Shown here: piece after piece, positions 12,702 through 25,168 of the stretch
How positions within the stretch are numbered: position 1 is the first letter of the stretch
Layout of the letters: every line of letters starts with the position of its first letter
Assembly (NCBI RefSeq): GCF_006345805.1
Contig: NC_042997.1
Span: forward strand, 174,034,001-174,098,000
Length of the DNA stretch: 64,000 bases
Source of the DNA: Octopus sinensis
Taxonomy: Eukaryota
Direction: 5' to 3'
Translations under genes and position numbers: made by a program
Notes under the pieces: model-generated
What the model was told of the DNA's origin: nothing
What the model saw: only the letters and a program-made list of their open reading frames with translations
Databases searched by the model: none

Positions 12702-14894
12702 GTAGGCATATAATCAATGACATACCAATTATAAATATGCCGCATGTTTAGAGCTTTTAGGACTACTTTATCTAATGTATCATTTTATTTCTTTATTTGA
12801 TATGAGTAAAAACGGGCTGCTACTTCTTAAAAGTTGGAAAACCACGTAGTGACTCCTTCATCAAGTTGTATCGCAAGCATAACTGTGTGTTAAGCCGCTT
12901 GCTCTGTGTCGTAGTCATGTTTTCGATCCGAGTGTATGCAACACCGGGCTAATGTCTTCTATTATCATTTCAGGTCAACCAAACTTTGTGAGTGAAATAT
13001 ATTGAACAGACACATGAAATATATGAAATATATTGAACAGATGCATTGTAAAATCCCTTGAGAGTAGCTGTTCCTGCTTTTGGATGATAGAATTAAACAA
13101 TCGCTTGTTTGAACACTACTTGGCACTCGAAAGATAATGTCGTTCATAGTCGGAATTGAATAAACATAAAGAGTAGTAGTTAAACACAGCAATGCATTTT
13201 GTCTGTTGTTTTATTGAGGTTCCCGATACTATCACTATATGTATATGTAAGTATTTAAAAACAAAAACATTTCGTATGTGAAGATAGATTAATAATCCGA
13301 ACGATTATAACTGTATAAACACGTCACCTTTCTTATCTTATAAATTTTAGTTTTTAGTTTGAGAAATCATAATACAATTTATGAGAAGTAGGGTAACGCA
13401 AGAGAAAAAATTATAGAAATCTCAAATTCCGCTAAAATCAGTTTTGCCTTTCGTTCTTTTAAGGTCGATAAAATGAAGGTCAGAATAATACTGGACGTGT
13501 CTGAAGTTATCTTCTTTATTTGTGACAAAAAAATTAAATTAAATTAATTATTGATTAGCAGATAAGTTTAAAATGTGCTAAGTTTTAAATACGCTTAAAA
13601 CCAACTTAGCTGCAACACGCTTTAGTTTTATAGAACCAAAAAGTTAGCAAAGTTTAGAGATGCATTGTTAGTTCCAATTGTTATAACTTCTCGCTGTCGT
13701 CATCATAGTCTTCGCCATCGTCGTCGACATTAAATGTTGCCGATGTTGTTGTTGCTGATGTTGTTGTTGTTGTTGATACAGTCAACGTCGTTAGTGTTCC
13801 TGTTGTTTATGTTGTCATTCTTCTTGCTATTGTCAATATTGTAGGTTTTCTTTCCCATTCAGTTGTAATGCATTTAAGCTTCAAATCCGAGTCCCTTTCA
13901 GTGATTTGAAACGTGAATACCAAATACCAGATACCAACATCGAAATAAAAGCACCAGCACCACCACCACACCCACCAATACAACCCCGCACTACTACTCC
14001 TACTACTACTCCTACTACTCCTACTACTACTACAACTGCTACTATAATCTTTTTTCTTTGTTAATGACTTTCAATCACATTTTAGCGTTTTTTATATATA
14101 TATATATTTATTTATTTTCTTTTACCTACCAAACTAGTAAGATTGGTAAATTTGTAGCTCATCAGAAAATAAAGTCTGAGAAACGCTAAAGTTTAATTAT
14201 TTCATTATTAATAGCTCTTACATGAAACTCGATCCTCGACTCCTTATAATAATATATATACACATACAAAAGGCAATTGTGGAAGTTGTTGGTATAAAAA
14301 AAACAACAACCGAGGATTTTGTTAATTGTAAAGATCCACGCAGTTTCGAGAGGAAATTATGTTTGGAAGTAAAAGTAAAAAAAAAAATAAAATAGAAACA
14401 ATGAAAACTAAGAAGAAACAGAAGCGGATACAAGAAAAAGAAAAAATAAGTTTTTTTTTACAAAATAATAACAAGTGTAAAGATTTTAGTAAAAATAAGT
14501 AAATAAAAGATCACAATGGAATGAAAAACAGCGCCGAGTGTGTTTTTTAGAATAATTCTTAAATTAACATCCGTTGTATAGTTTGTGTATCCAGATTATT
14601 TTGTTAATGGCGATAATGACGATAATGATGATAATGATGATGAGGAGGGTTGCGTTGATGGCGATGGAGTTGATGACAACGATGACGACGAACGTGTTGA
14701 GGATAAAGACTGTGATGACAACAATGGTGATGAATAAGAATGATAATAATTTGGTTATATACAACAACAAAGGCGAACAATGAAAAAACATTACAATACA
14801 ATACGATACAATCACTATTATACCGTTCCAAACAAATACTAAACACTCGTTGCGCGTTTATATAAATGTACACACAACTAAAGCGCTTGTATAT

Positions 14895-15123
<229 letters not shown>

Positions 15124-15131
15124 TCTGTTGC

Positions 15132-15519
15132 TCTTTTACTCTTTTACTTGTTTCAGTCATGCTGGAGCACCGCCTTTAGTCGAGCAAATCGACCCCAGGA
15201 CTTATTCTTTGTAAGCCTAGTACTTATTCTATCGGTCTCTTTTGCCGAACCGCTAAGTTACGGGGACGTAAACACACCAGCATCGGTTGTCAAGCGATGT
15301 TGCGGTGACAAACAGAAACACACAAACATATATACACACACATACATATGTATATACATTTATACGACGGGCTTCTTTCAGTTTCTGTCTACCAAATCCG
15401 CTCACAAGGCTTTGGTCGGCCCGAGGCTATATTAGAAGATAGTTGCCCAAGGTGCAACGCAATGGAACTGAACCCAGAACCATGTGGTTGGTGAGCAAGC
15501 TATTTACCACACAGTCACT

Positions 15520-15522
<3 letters not shown>
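15132..15522 (-). mobile_element. SINE family A, full length
   Basis: Reverse complement of the family A head, microsatellite and tail. Confidence 0.9.
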
Positions 15523-15582
<60 letters not shown>

Positions 15583-15638
15583 TAGAAATATGTTACAAAA
15601 AGAAAATATAAAAAATATATATATATATGTATGTATAT

Positions 15639-15698
<60 letters not shown>

Positions 15699-16177
15699 GT
15701 GTGTTTGTGTGTGTGTGCATGTAAGTATGTATGACTGTGTTTGTAGCAATGTTGATATGATGTGTGCGTATACGTGTGTGTATGAGAGCGGTTAGAAGGC
15801 ACGTAAGAAGCTCACGAAGCACTTCTTAATTCGTTTGTTTAATCGAATTATTTACTTACTTACTTACAGTGCTCTACAACTAATTAGAAATTTTTAGATG
15901 TGACAAATGTCTATGAAATATGTATGCGTGCAGCCCCGATGTTGTACCTTTTCTGACATCAACTTCCCTTGGTGTCCATAAGAGTACCTATCCTCTATAT
16001 AGTTGTTCTGCTTGTTATAATAGGTTATAATAGGTAATATTTTCGTCAAACCCATACTTTCTCTTTTAAAAAATGGCTACACTTAATAATGTAGTCTTGA
16101 CACACTCTTCCTGGAAAAAAAAAAAAAGAGTTCTATTCCCGTTCAACTTGTTTTTGATTATCAATCTACTCTAACTA

Positions 16178-16497
16178 GCACTTTGCCGCTTACGCCGAAG
16201 TGCCAGTTGATCCGATAAACGGAACAGCCTCCTCGTGAAATTAACGTGCAAGTGGCTGAGCACTCCACAGTCACACGTGTACCCTTATCGTAATTCTGAG
16301 GGAAATTCAGCGTGACACAGAATGTGACAAGGTTGACCATTTGGAATGCAGGTTCTACTCATTTTCGCCGGCTAAGTGAACTGGATCAACATGATATAAA
16401 GTGTCTTGTTCAAGGATGTAATGCGCCGCCGGGAATCGAACTCGCGACTTTACGATCGTGAGCCAAATATCTTAAACTCTAAGTCATGCGCCTTCAC
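16178..16497 (-). mobile_element. SINE family D head/core with tail type T2
   Basis: Head GTGAAGGCGCATG and D core, followed by a different tail (ACCTTGTCACATTCTGTGTCACGCTGAA...CAGCCACTTGCACGTTAATTTCACG). Confidence 0.8.
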
Positions 16498-16687
16498 TCT
16501 ACTCTACCAGGAATAATAAAACAACCTAGAAAAAACAACAATAAAATATTAACAGCTTCAACTCCTCAGTTATTGATTGTATTATACTTTTATTGAGCCG
16601 TCTTTGCTTAGGTGAAGATAAAAATCAATTTAAAAAGTGATCTGCGGCGCGACTGCTTCTGTCTCTCATGGCACAGAGAAGACAACA

Positions 16688-16730
<43 letters not shown>

Positions 16731-16737
16731 ATATATA

Positions 16738-16885
16738 GGCGCAAGAGTAGCTTGCTTACCAGCCACATGGTTCCGGATTCAGTCCCATTGCGTGGAACCT
16801 TGGGTAAGTGTCTTCTACTATGGCCTCGGGCCGACCAAAACCTTGTGAGTGGATTTGGTAGACGGAAACTGAAAGAAACCCGCCG

Positions 16886-16964
<79 letters not shown>

Positions 16965-17189
16965 GTATGTTTGTGTGTCTGTGTTTGTCCCTTCACCATC
17001 GCTTGGCAACCGATGTTGGTGTGTTTACGTACCGTAACTTAACGGTTCGGCCAAAGAGACCGATAGAATAAGTACTGTTCTTACAAAGAATAAGTCCTGG
17101 GGTCGGTTTGCTCGACTACAGGCGGTGCTCCAGCATGGCCACAGTCAAATGACTGAAACAAGTAAAAGAGTAAAAAGAGTAAAAGAGTA
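16738..17189 (+). mobile_element. SINE family A, full length
   Basis: Family A layout with internal (TA)n(TG)n and GTAAAAGA tail repeats. Confidence 0.9.
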
Positions 17190-17276
17190 TTACTGAAGTC
17201 ATGACGAAAACATTTTTCAAACAGACAACACTAATGAGGTTTTCTTATTTTCTTGTTTTATTAACTTCTTTTCCAG

Positions 17277-17945
17277 ATGGCCGGTCGCTTGACTGTTCAA
17301 GAGCGAGCTAAGATAGCAGCACACTATGAAGTATGGAATTCTGTTGTTTTGGTTCAGAGATGGTGGCGTGCATGGAAAGCTAAGCATGCAACACTACGTT
17401 TGGGGACAATAAAAAGTTGTCATGCAAAGCTGATGACAATGGGCTCTGTGAACGATGCAAGAAGTTGCCGTCCACCCTATTCCGATCAGCGGAGAACGTG
17501 GAACGTGCAGGAAATGTTTAATTGCAGCCCGAAAAAGAAATCAACATGTCAAGCAGCTTGTGAAAGTGGACTAACAAGACACACAATACGTACGGTGTTG
17601 CATAAGGAATTGAATTTTCCTCTGTAGAAACTCCATTACATGCAGGAGCTGATGGAATGACGTGGACCTCATGAATGGCGTCCAAGAAGCCAGAGATTTC
17701 ACTCCATGTGATTTTTACCTTTGGGGTTACACAAAAGAGAAGATATACAAGACATACGGGAGGACTTGGAAACAGATTCAGGAGGTTCTGAATGATATCC
17801 AGGACGATTGCGTTAAATTTGCAGATTTACTTTAATTTCCCCATTTAATAAAGAACACGTATCATTTGTTTCAATAAATTTGTAATAGGATATGGACTTT
17901 ACTACCAATTTTTAATGCCTACTTACTATTCACCCACCCTTTATA
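17277..17945 (+). mobile_element. Internally deleted Tc1/mariner-superfamily transposase remnant (DUF4817-like HTH)
   Basis: MAGRLTVQERAKIAAHYEVWNSVVLVQRWWR...GSVNDARSCRP...SGLTRHTIRTVLHKELNF, then DFTPCDFYLWGYTKEKIY (cf. SPDLTPxDFxLWG); catalytic middle missing; TIR-like end near 17926-17945. Confidence 0.8.
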
Positions 17946-18043
17946 TATACGACGGGCTTCTTTAAATTTCTGTTTGCCAAATTCATTCAAAATCATTGGC
18001 CAACCTAGGGTTACAGTAGAAGACACTGTAACCCCAGGTTCAA

Positions 18044-18275
18044 GGCGGCGAGCTGGCAGAAACGTTAGCACGCCGGGCGAAATGCATAGCCGTATTTCGT
18101 TTGCCGTTACGTTCTGAGTTTAAATACCGCCGAGGTCAACTTTGCTTTTCATCCTTTCGGGGTCGATAAATTAAGTACCAGTTACGCACTGGGGGTCGAT
18201 GTAATCGACTTAATCCGTTTGTCTGTCCTTGTTTGTCCCCTCTATGTTTAGCCCCTTGTGGGTAATAAAGAAACA
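18044..18275 (+). mobile_element. SINE family B, full length, inserted into a family A head
   Basis: Head GGCGGCGAGCTGGCAGAAACGTTAGC; 16-bp TSD TACAGTAGAAGACACT at 18012-18027 and 18276-18291. Confidence 0.9.
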
Positions 18276-20124
18276 TACAGTAGAAGACACTTGCCCAAGT
18301 TGTCGCGCAATGAGACTGAACCCGAAACTACGTGATTACATAACAATTCTTAACACACAGACGAACACGTAGAAGCTCCTTCGTTGGATCGTAGCAAATC
18401 AAGTATTCTCGACTGTAATGAATGACGTAATTCGAAAACTTTATCATATTACTAGTTATAAGAAGCAACCATCAGCTCTACAATTAAGTATGGCAGTAAG
18501 TATTCATTCACTTATCTTCATCTCCATTTTCTGCTGGTTGAGAAACAAGTGGTGTGATTGAGATTCGTTTGAATGGCTGAGGAACCACTGGAATGACTGC
18601 AGTAAATTTGACCAGGTATGATACAATCTGTGTATTATTCACGGAGTTGAAGCGGCAGTAGTGTAGCTGAAGTAGTAACGACACGACTGGAGTTTACGCA
18701 ACATTATTGAAGTAGCAGAGATAAAATTTCAGCGAATGTGATATAAATGGCTAGTCATTTACTCGGTTAGAGTAGGACTGGCGTGATTTGTGCGGCAGTG
18801 ACACGGTTGGAGTGGCTGTGATACAACTGTAGCATAAGTGATATATCTTCAATGAAAATGATACAATCGATTTTGCAGGGACACTAGAGGAGAGAGAGGA
18901 TGAAATACGTTTAGTGTGAGTGACTCAAATTGGGTGACTTTGAAACAAGGGTAGAAAAGGAGACACCATCGCTTTCAGACTCCTTCTAAGGACTATGAAA
19001 ATGAATTGTGAAGTTTTGCAGTGGCACCACTGATATTTTGCGTGAAAGCATGCACGCCCTCACTTCTTTCGATAAGTTTGGTCTCTTTTGTCTTTGATTA
19101 TTGCTAAGCGAGTTGACTTTGCAGAATTCTCTGTTCTTGATGATATTAATGATGATGATGATGATGATGACGATGGTGGTGGTGGTGGTGGTGGTGGTGG
19201 TGGTGGTGTCGGCGGCGGTGGCGGCAGCCAGGCAGCGATGGTGGTGGTGGCGTCGGCGAAGGTGATAATGATGAATGGATGTATGTATGTATGTTAAACA
19301 CCAAACTAACTCAACGGTGTGTTCAACTGTTTTTTTTTTTTGTCTTTTTTCGTTTGTTTTACGCCTGCACTATATAAACCCGTTTGCAAACAATATAAGT
19401 GTCGACCCAGCCACGTAATGCTGATGGATATTAAAATGCATATTTCGGTGTAATTGTCAAAACAATCGCGTAAACTCTTCTGAACAAGTTTTTAGACTAC
19501 TTAAAGCACAACAGGGTTGGTTGCTGCTGTTGTTACCGACAATTTATATTGGCGATGGAGAGAATCACAATGATGATGATGATGATAATGATGATGACGG
19601 CGATGATAAGTCGATGATCTGCCACAGAAAACAAGCTGTAATGAGACAAATGGAACCTGCTAACACAACCGCCACAACAACAAGATAGTAAGATAGAAAG
19701 AAAGATGTTAATTTAAAATGAATAATAATGCCTGGCTCTTCCTGTTTTGACAAAAGCTAAACTTTAAATCATTATCAGTGTCTATTTTGACCTTAAACAC
19801 TTCTCAGTAAATGTTTTACAGCTAACTGAAAGGTTTGTTCTTTTCTTTTTTTTATTTCTTTATATCTTTCTGACAGATATAGAAACTGAAGAAAAACAAA
19901 AGACTTCTCTGTGTGTGTATGCATGTGTGTGTGTGCGTGTGCGTGTGCGTGTATACTCACGCATATATATTATTTATGTGTATTTATATATATATATATA
20001 TATATACATAAATATATATGTATGTATATGTGTGTATACCTATACAAATATGTAAATGTTTGCATACAAAATATTGGAAAGGAAGGTGGTGGTACAGTAA
20101 AGATATTCTGATCTGGACAGATAA

Positions 20125-20194
<70 letters not shown>

Positions 20195-20514
20195 GGACAT
20201 GTACATAGGCTAATGATGCCACATGGTTAGATAAATACTTACAGACACTCGTGCACGCACACGTACATGTCATTTGTTCGATGTGTGTAGTAAAGTCGTT
20301 ACTTTGAATATACGATAAAATGTGAAAGGTAACTGGTTCTAATTCACAACAAAACATTAATCAGCCGAAATTGCGAGGATGATCCGGTTCTTGACTGAAG
20401 ATTAGAAGTTTCGAATGACCCGTCCGTTTTTTGTGTTGTCTATTTGAATGTTTTGCGTTCTTGTCCCATTTTGTATTTTTATATATAATTTCATACATAT
20501 ATATATATATATAT

Positions 20515-20712
20515 GTTGATTCGCTAGCCTCTGCACGCATTTTTTTTCTCTCCTTCTTTCTGTGATTCTTTTCTGTGTATCTTTCTGTTGAAGAGCGTAG
20601 GCTCGAAACGTAAAAGACTTGTTTTATTTATATTCCTGAGCGCCATACTAATACAATTGTTGTTTGTATTCCACCTGCCTTCGTCTTTTGTTTATTTTCA
20701 TAAAGCTTCCCG
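20515..20712 (+). mobile_element. Short element family H1 bordered by (TA)n, carrying a hammerhead-like motif
   Basis: Homologous to 46536-46711, 56222-56402 and 58830-59012; (TA)n on both sides. Confidence 0.75.
20580..20617 (+). ncRNA. Minimal type I hammerhead-like motif, A6U core variant
   Basis: TCTTT-CTGTTGA-A-GAGC(GTAG)GCTC-GAA-ACGT-A-AAAGA: stem I, core, stem II, palindromic stem III and GUA site. Confidence 0.55.
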
Positions 20713-20758
<46 letters not shown>

Positions 20759-21699
20759 CAGGGTTTATCATTTTAAAAGGTATATTCCATTTGTATAGAA
20801 TTTTCTTTAAATGAATGTATGCTAGTACATTCATACAGCATTAAGGCTATTAAATAGAACGAGATCAGCGCCCACGATCAGAACTCCACTAAAGGAATTG
20901 GTGTCAACAATTTTCCCAGGATCTGTTCGGCAAAAATAGTGAATGCCGATGCAAAGTAACCAGTAACGACAAGAACTGTAAACCTTATTATCGATATGTC
21001 TGCCCATGATTTTTAGATTTAAATTATATTTTCTTTCTTGTTATATCTGATGGCGGCCTTCTATTCTCTTATGGAAATCTTAATAGAAGAGTTATATTGT
21101 TTGTTCTAACCACCGTTGTTGCGTCTTGTATGCAGTCGCAGGTGAAGTGAAACTGTGTCAGTAATCAGGTTACAGTAAGTGCGACGGAAATGTTGACACT
21201 AAATAATAAATATTTAAGTGAAGATAACAGTTTTGTGTGTTTTCCAATGTCTAATATGAGTTTTCCATAGAGTAATCTCATTCTTCAAGAATTGTTGGCG
21301 AGTTTAACTTTCGTTCTATCTTATTTGGAACTTCATGAATATTTATTAAATATTATATTCTCTTTTTTTATTGTTTCTTCTTTAATAATTCAATCAATAT
21401 TTTCGTAATATATTATAATTAAAATAACTACTAAATTCTGTGGAACACGTTTTACCGAAAATGACACCAAATGTCGAAACAGCCGACCCGTTTGCGAAAT
21501 ATAGCTGGATTAAAAGCAAAACTTGTAATCAGTTCCAATACTAGAAATTAATTAAGGTTCTTAATCACTTTTCTAAGATGTGAGGAAAAATATTTCCCCG
21601 CGCGAAATTTTATTCCTTCCCAAAGAAAGAAACGCCAACCAGGAATTAATGTGATATGCATACAGAGATGTGTATGCATCTCTCTCTCTCTCGTGTATA

Positions 21700-21761
<62 letters not shown>

Positions 21762-22340
21762 TATGCATATATATATATAAATATAAATATATATATACAT
21801 ATATATCCATAATATATATATATATATATATGCTTACATACATACATCATCCATGTGAGCGAGATGGGGGTGTACGTATGTCAAATATTTACAACTATGA
21901 AGCACATAGAGACAGCATACAAAAAAAAACCAATATAAATATATCTACTGTAGATTATTATGTACACCTCGCTACTTTCGCCTCTTCATTGTAACAAAGA
22001 TCTATCGTGGGTCACTGTGTCAAGCCATAAATATGTCAAATGATACATAGAAGCTGTGATTGATGTGCCTCATTATTCTATCACCAATGTAGTTTTACAT
22101 CTTGATGCTCATTTATTTTTGAGATGTGGTGAGGTCTTCTTCAATCATTATATATCTATTGGTTTATTATTTTTTTGTTGTTATCATAATCGGTAACATT
22201 ATTATCATCATTATACTTATTACTATTACTATTATTATTGTTATTATTATTATTATCATTATTATTATCATTATTATTATATTATTATTATTATTATTAT
22301 CATCATCATCATCATCATTATTATTATTATTATTATTATT

Positions 22341-22893
22341 GAGTGAGAGAGCAGTTCATGCCATCAAAGTGACACTAGGGTAAAATATACGAAGCCCAAT
22401 ATACCCATCATGACTACCCGTCTGATAAGGGCACACCAGGCACATGCATCACAACCATATGTGTGCGACATGGTGATCTCATATCAAGATAAACAGCACA
22501 TGACCTTGCAGGTGGGGCCCAGTTAGAATTTTCTTCAGGTTGAGTAGCCCATCCCGCTCAAATGGTCCCTGAATAAGGGTTGTTTAAGGATATTGAAAGA
22601 ACCACCCATGTTTCCAGAGGTGAATTATTCAAACCCCAAAGAATCCCTCTCAACACATGGCTATGATGCTCCCCCACTACTTCTGCTCGTGATCAGAGAT
22701 GCACACATCGTCAGCCACTAAGGGACATGCTCAACTGGTTAGCTCAAACAACTGACAAGCAAATATGTGGTATTGAGCAGAATATTTGCTGTAGCCCATC
22801 TTTTATACCAAGACAAAACAATGTACATGATAACACTTCCAATCAGTTAAGATCAGAAGCCATGAGAGCCACTGCCTGGTACTGCATCAGGGC

Positions 22894-22897
<4 letters not shown>
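22341..22897 (-). mobile_element. ~556 bp non-coding element embedded in (TAA)n arrays
   Basis: Higher-complexity block with sharp borders, flanked on both sides by long (TTA)n; no convincing ORF. Orientation is inferred. Confidence 0.55.
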
Positions 22898-22936
<39 letters not shown>

Positions 22937-23410
22937 TATTATTATTATTATTATTATTATCATCAGCATTATTATTGTTGTTGTTGTTGTTGTTGTTGTT
23001 ATTATTATTATTATACCCTAATCCCTTGGTGGTAGCTGTTGGTGAACTACACCACCATGAGGTACTGAATGACTGAGAGGAATAAAAACTGTTTCATTTC
23101 ATTTGTGATCCCGAGTGTGTAGATATACATACATATATGGAAAAAATATCCAAGGTTGTGAAAGCTTTCAGAACATTTATAAAGAGCTGTAAGACCTTCT
23201 CTTTAAATGTTCTGAAATCTTCCATACCCTTGGAATTTTTATCTCATTCTGTTAATTTTTAAAAATATATGCATGCTAATATATGACCTACGTTCGCATA
23301 ATCACCGAAATTGGAGCTTAACAGTACTCTGTCCATAGCACTTACTCAGCATTACCTTACAACTTTGGGTCTTCTTGACACCACTACCTCTCATAACCTA
23401 TATTTATATA

Positions 23411-23485
<75 letters not shown>

Positions 23486-23574
23486 CTTAAGGGGGTGCGT
23501 GCGTTTCGTCATATAATATATTGATAAATAAAATAAAACATATGCATATTATAAACATATATGTACGTACCTAC

Positions 23575-23960
23575 CTCTACATGTACATATACACGCATAT
23601 ATGAGTACAGGACACCAAAAGGACGTCGAACACAATGAGAAACGAAAACATAGACACAAACCAAAGGAACTGGACATTTTTTTAAAAAACAACAAAAAAT
23701 AGAGTACAGGACAATTAACACAAAGAAAAAACCCCTTCTTCAGTCGCTATGGTTTCATCTACTCTACGTTTCGAAGGATAACAGCGAGACGTAAGCAAAT
23801 CAATTAAAATTCTGAGATCTTTTCGCAGAGGGGTAAAAAATGGTAACAAAAACAGGACAGTAACGACAGTACAAATTATAAACAGTAAAAGACAGGACAA
23901 GGAAAAACAAGATAAGAAGGGCTGTTAACGAAAAAAAGTATTGCGAACGTGGAATCTTTT
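23575..23960 (-). mobile_element. Repeat family X (ends GTCCTGTAC/GCCCATATATGC next to (TA)n)
   Basis: Shares its terminus and the CGAAA...GAGTAGA...CTGANGAAGGG block with 40925-41135, 44178-44450 and 44895-45175. Confidence 0.5.
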
Positions 23961-24233
23961 ATGAACGACGAGCGGAGCAAAAAGAATGTCGTCCATTACC
24001 TTGAGAGGGCCAAGCCAGAAAGACAGCGGCGGAAGTGTCGTGCACAGTGTAAAGAAGTACGACACATTGCTAGTTTCATGAAGTTCCTATCAGATACATG
24101 TAGCCACATGTATTGCATAATTTCACACGGATCATTTTTATGCAATGTGGTGAGAAATTAAGCATCATAGAAGCAACTGTAACGAGTAATAAAGCTGTGA
24201 TACATTTATTTTTTGTTTTCTTATCTATCTAAG

Positions 24234-24313
<80 letters not shown>

Positions 24314-24464
24314 AATCTACCTACCTATTGGTCTCCCCCTTTCTTCCGCTCATACTTATCCATATGTGTCATATATATATATATATATCTATATATATAT
24401 ATAATTATATATATATATATATGTATATATGTATATATATGTATGTATATATGTATGTATGTAG

Positions 24465-24495
<31 letters not shown>

Positions 24496-24691
24496 TGTAT
24501 ATCATTTGCTTTCCAATGGACACTTCAATATATGTATATATCGGACATAGGCTGTGTATCGTTAACCAGATGGAAAAGACGTTTTCCTGGGGTTAAAATG
24601 TAATGTTAAAGTAGCACAAATCCGTCACCATCTAGTATTGTTTCTACTTAGAGATTAACAGCTAACTACTTTGGTCCTTATGTGTGTGTGT

Positions 24692-24727
<36 letters not shown>

Positions 24728-24768
24728 TGTGTATATATGCATATATGTATTACATATATATATATATA

Positions 24769-25168
24769 GGCGTAAATGTGGCTGTGTGGTAAGTAGCTAG
24801 TTTACGAACCACATGGCTCCGGATTCATTCCCACTGCGTGGCACCTTGAGCAAGTATCTTCTACTATAGCCTTGGGCTGACCAAAGCCTTGTAAGTGGAT
24901 TTGGTAGACGGAAACTGAAAGAAGCCCGTCGTATATATGTATGTGTGTATATGTTTGTGTGTCTGTATTCGCCCCCCCCCCAACATCGCTTGACAACTGA
25001 TACTGGTGTGTTTACGTCCCCGTAACTTAGTGGTTCGGCAAAAGAGACTGATAGAATAAGTACTAGGCTTACAAATAATAAGTCCTGGGGTCGATTTGCT
25101 CGACTAAATGCAGTGCTCCATCATGGCCACAGTCCAATAACTGAAACAAGTAAAAGTGTACAAGAGTA
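24769..25168 (+). mobile_element. SINE family A, full length
   Basis: Family A layout. Confidence 0.9.

Noticed and set aside
14574-14783. Asp/Met-rich ORFs
   Set aside because: Degenerate (GAT)n trinucleotide tract.
18560-18840. Faint ~20 bp periodicity (GAATGGCTG/GAGTGGCTGTGATACAACTG-like)
   Set aside because: Too degenerate to define a unit without a periodicity analysis.
20396-20425. CTGAAGA followed by TTCGAATGACC
   Set aside because: No GAAA/NUH geometry and no stems.
21020-21200. Possible GIY-YIG remnant on - strand (KISIRE*KAAIRYNK)
   Set aside because: A single short motif with a stop and no supporting context.
21455-21490. CCGAAAAT-GAC..GTC-GAAAC-AGCC-GAC motif
   Set aside because: Three core mismatches and no stem I; too decayed to call.
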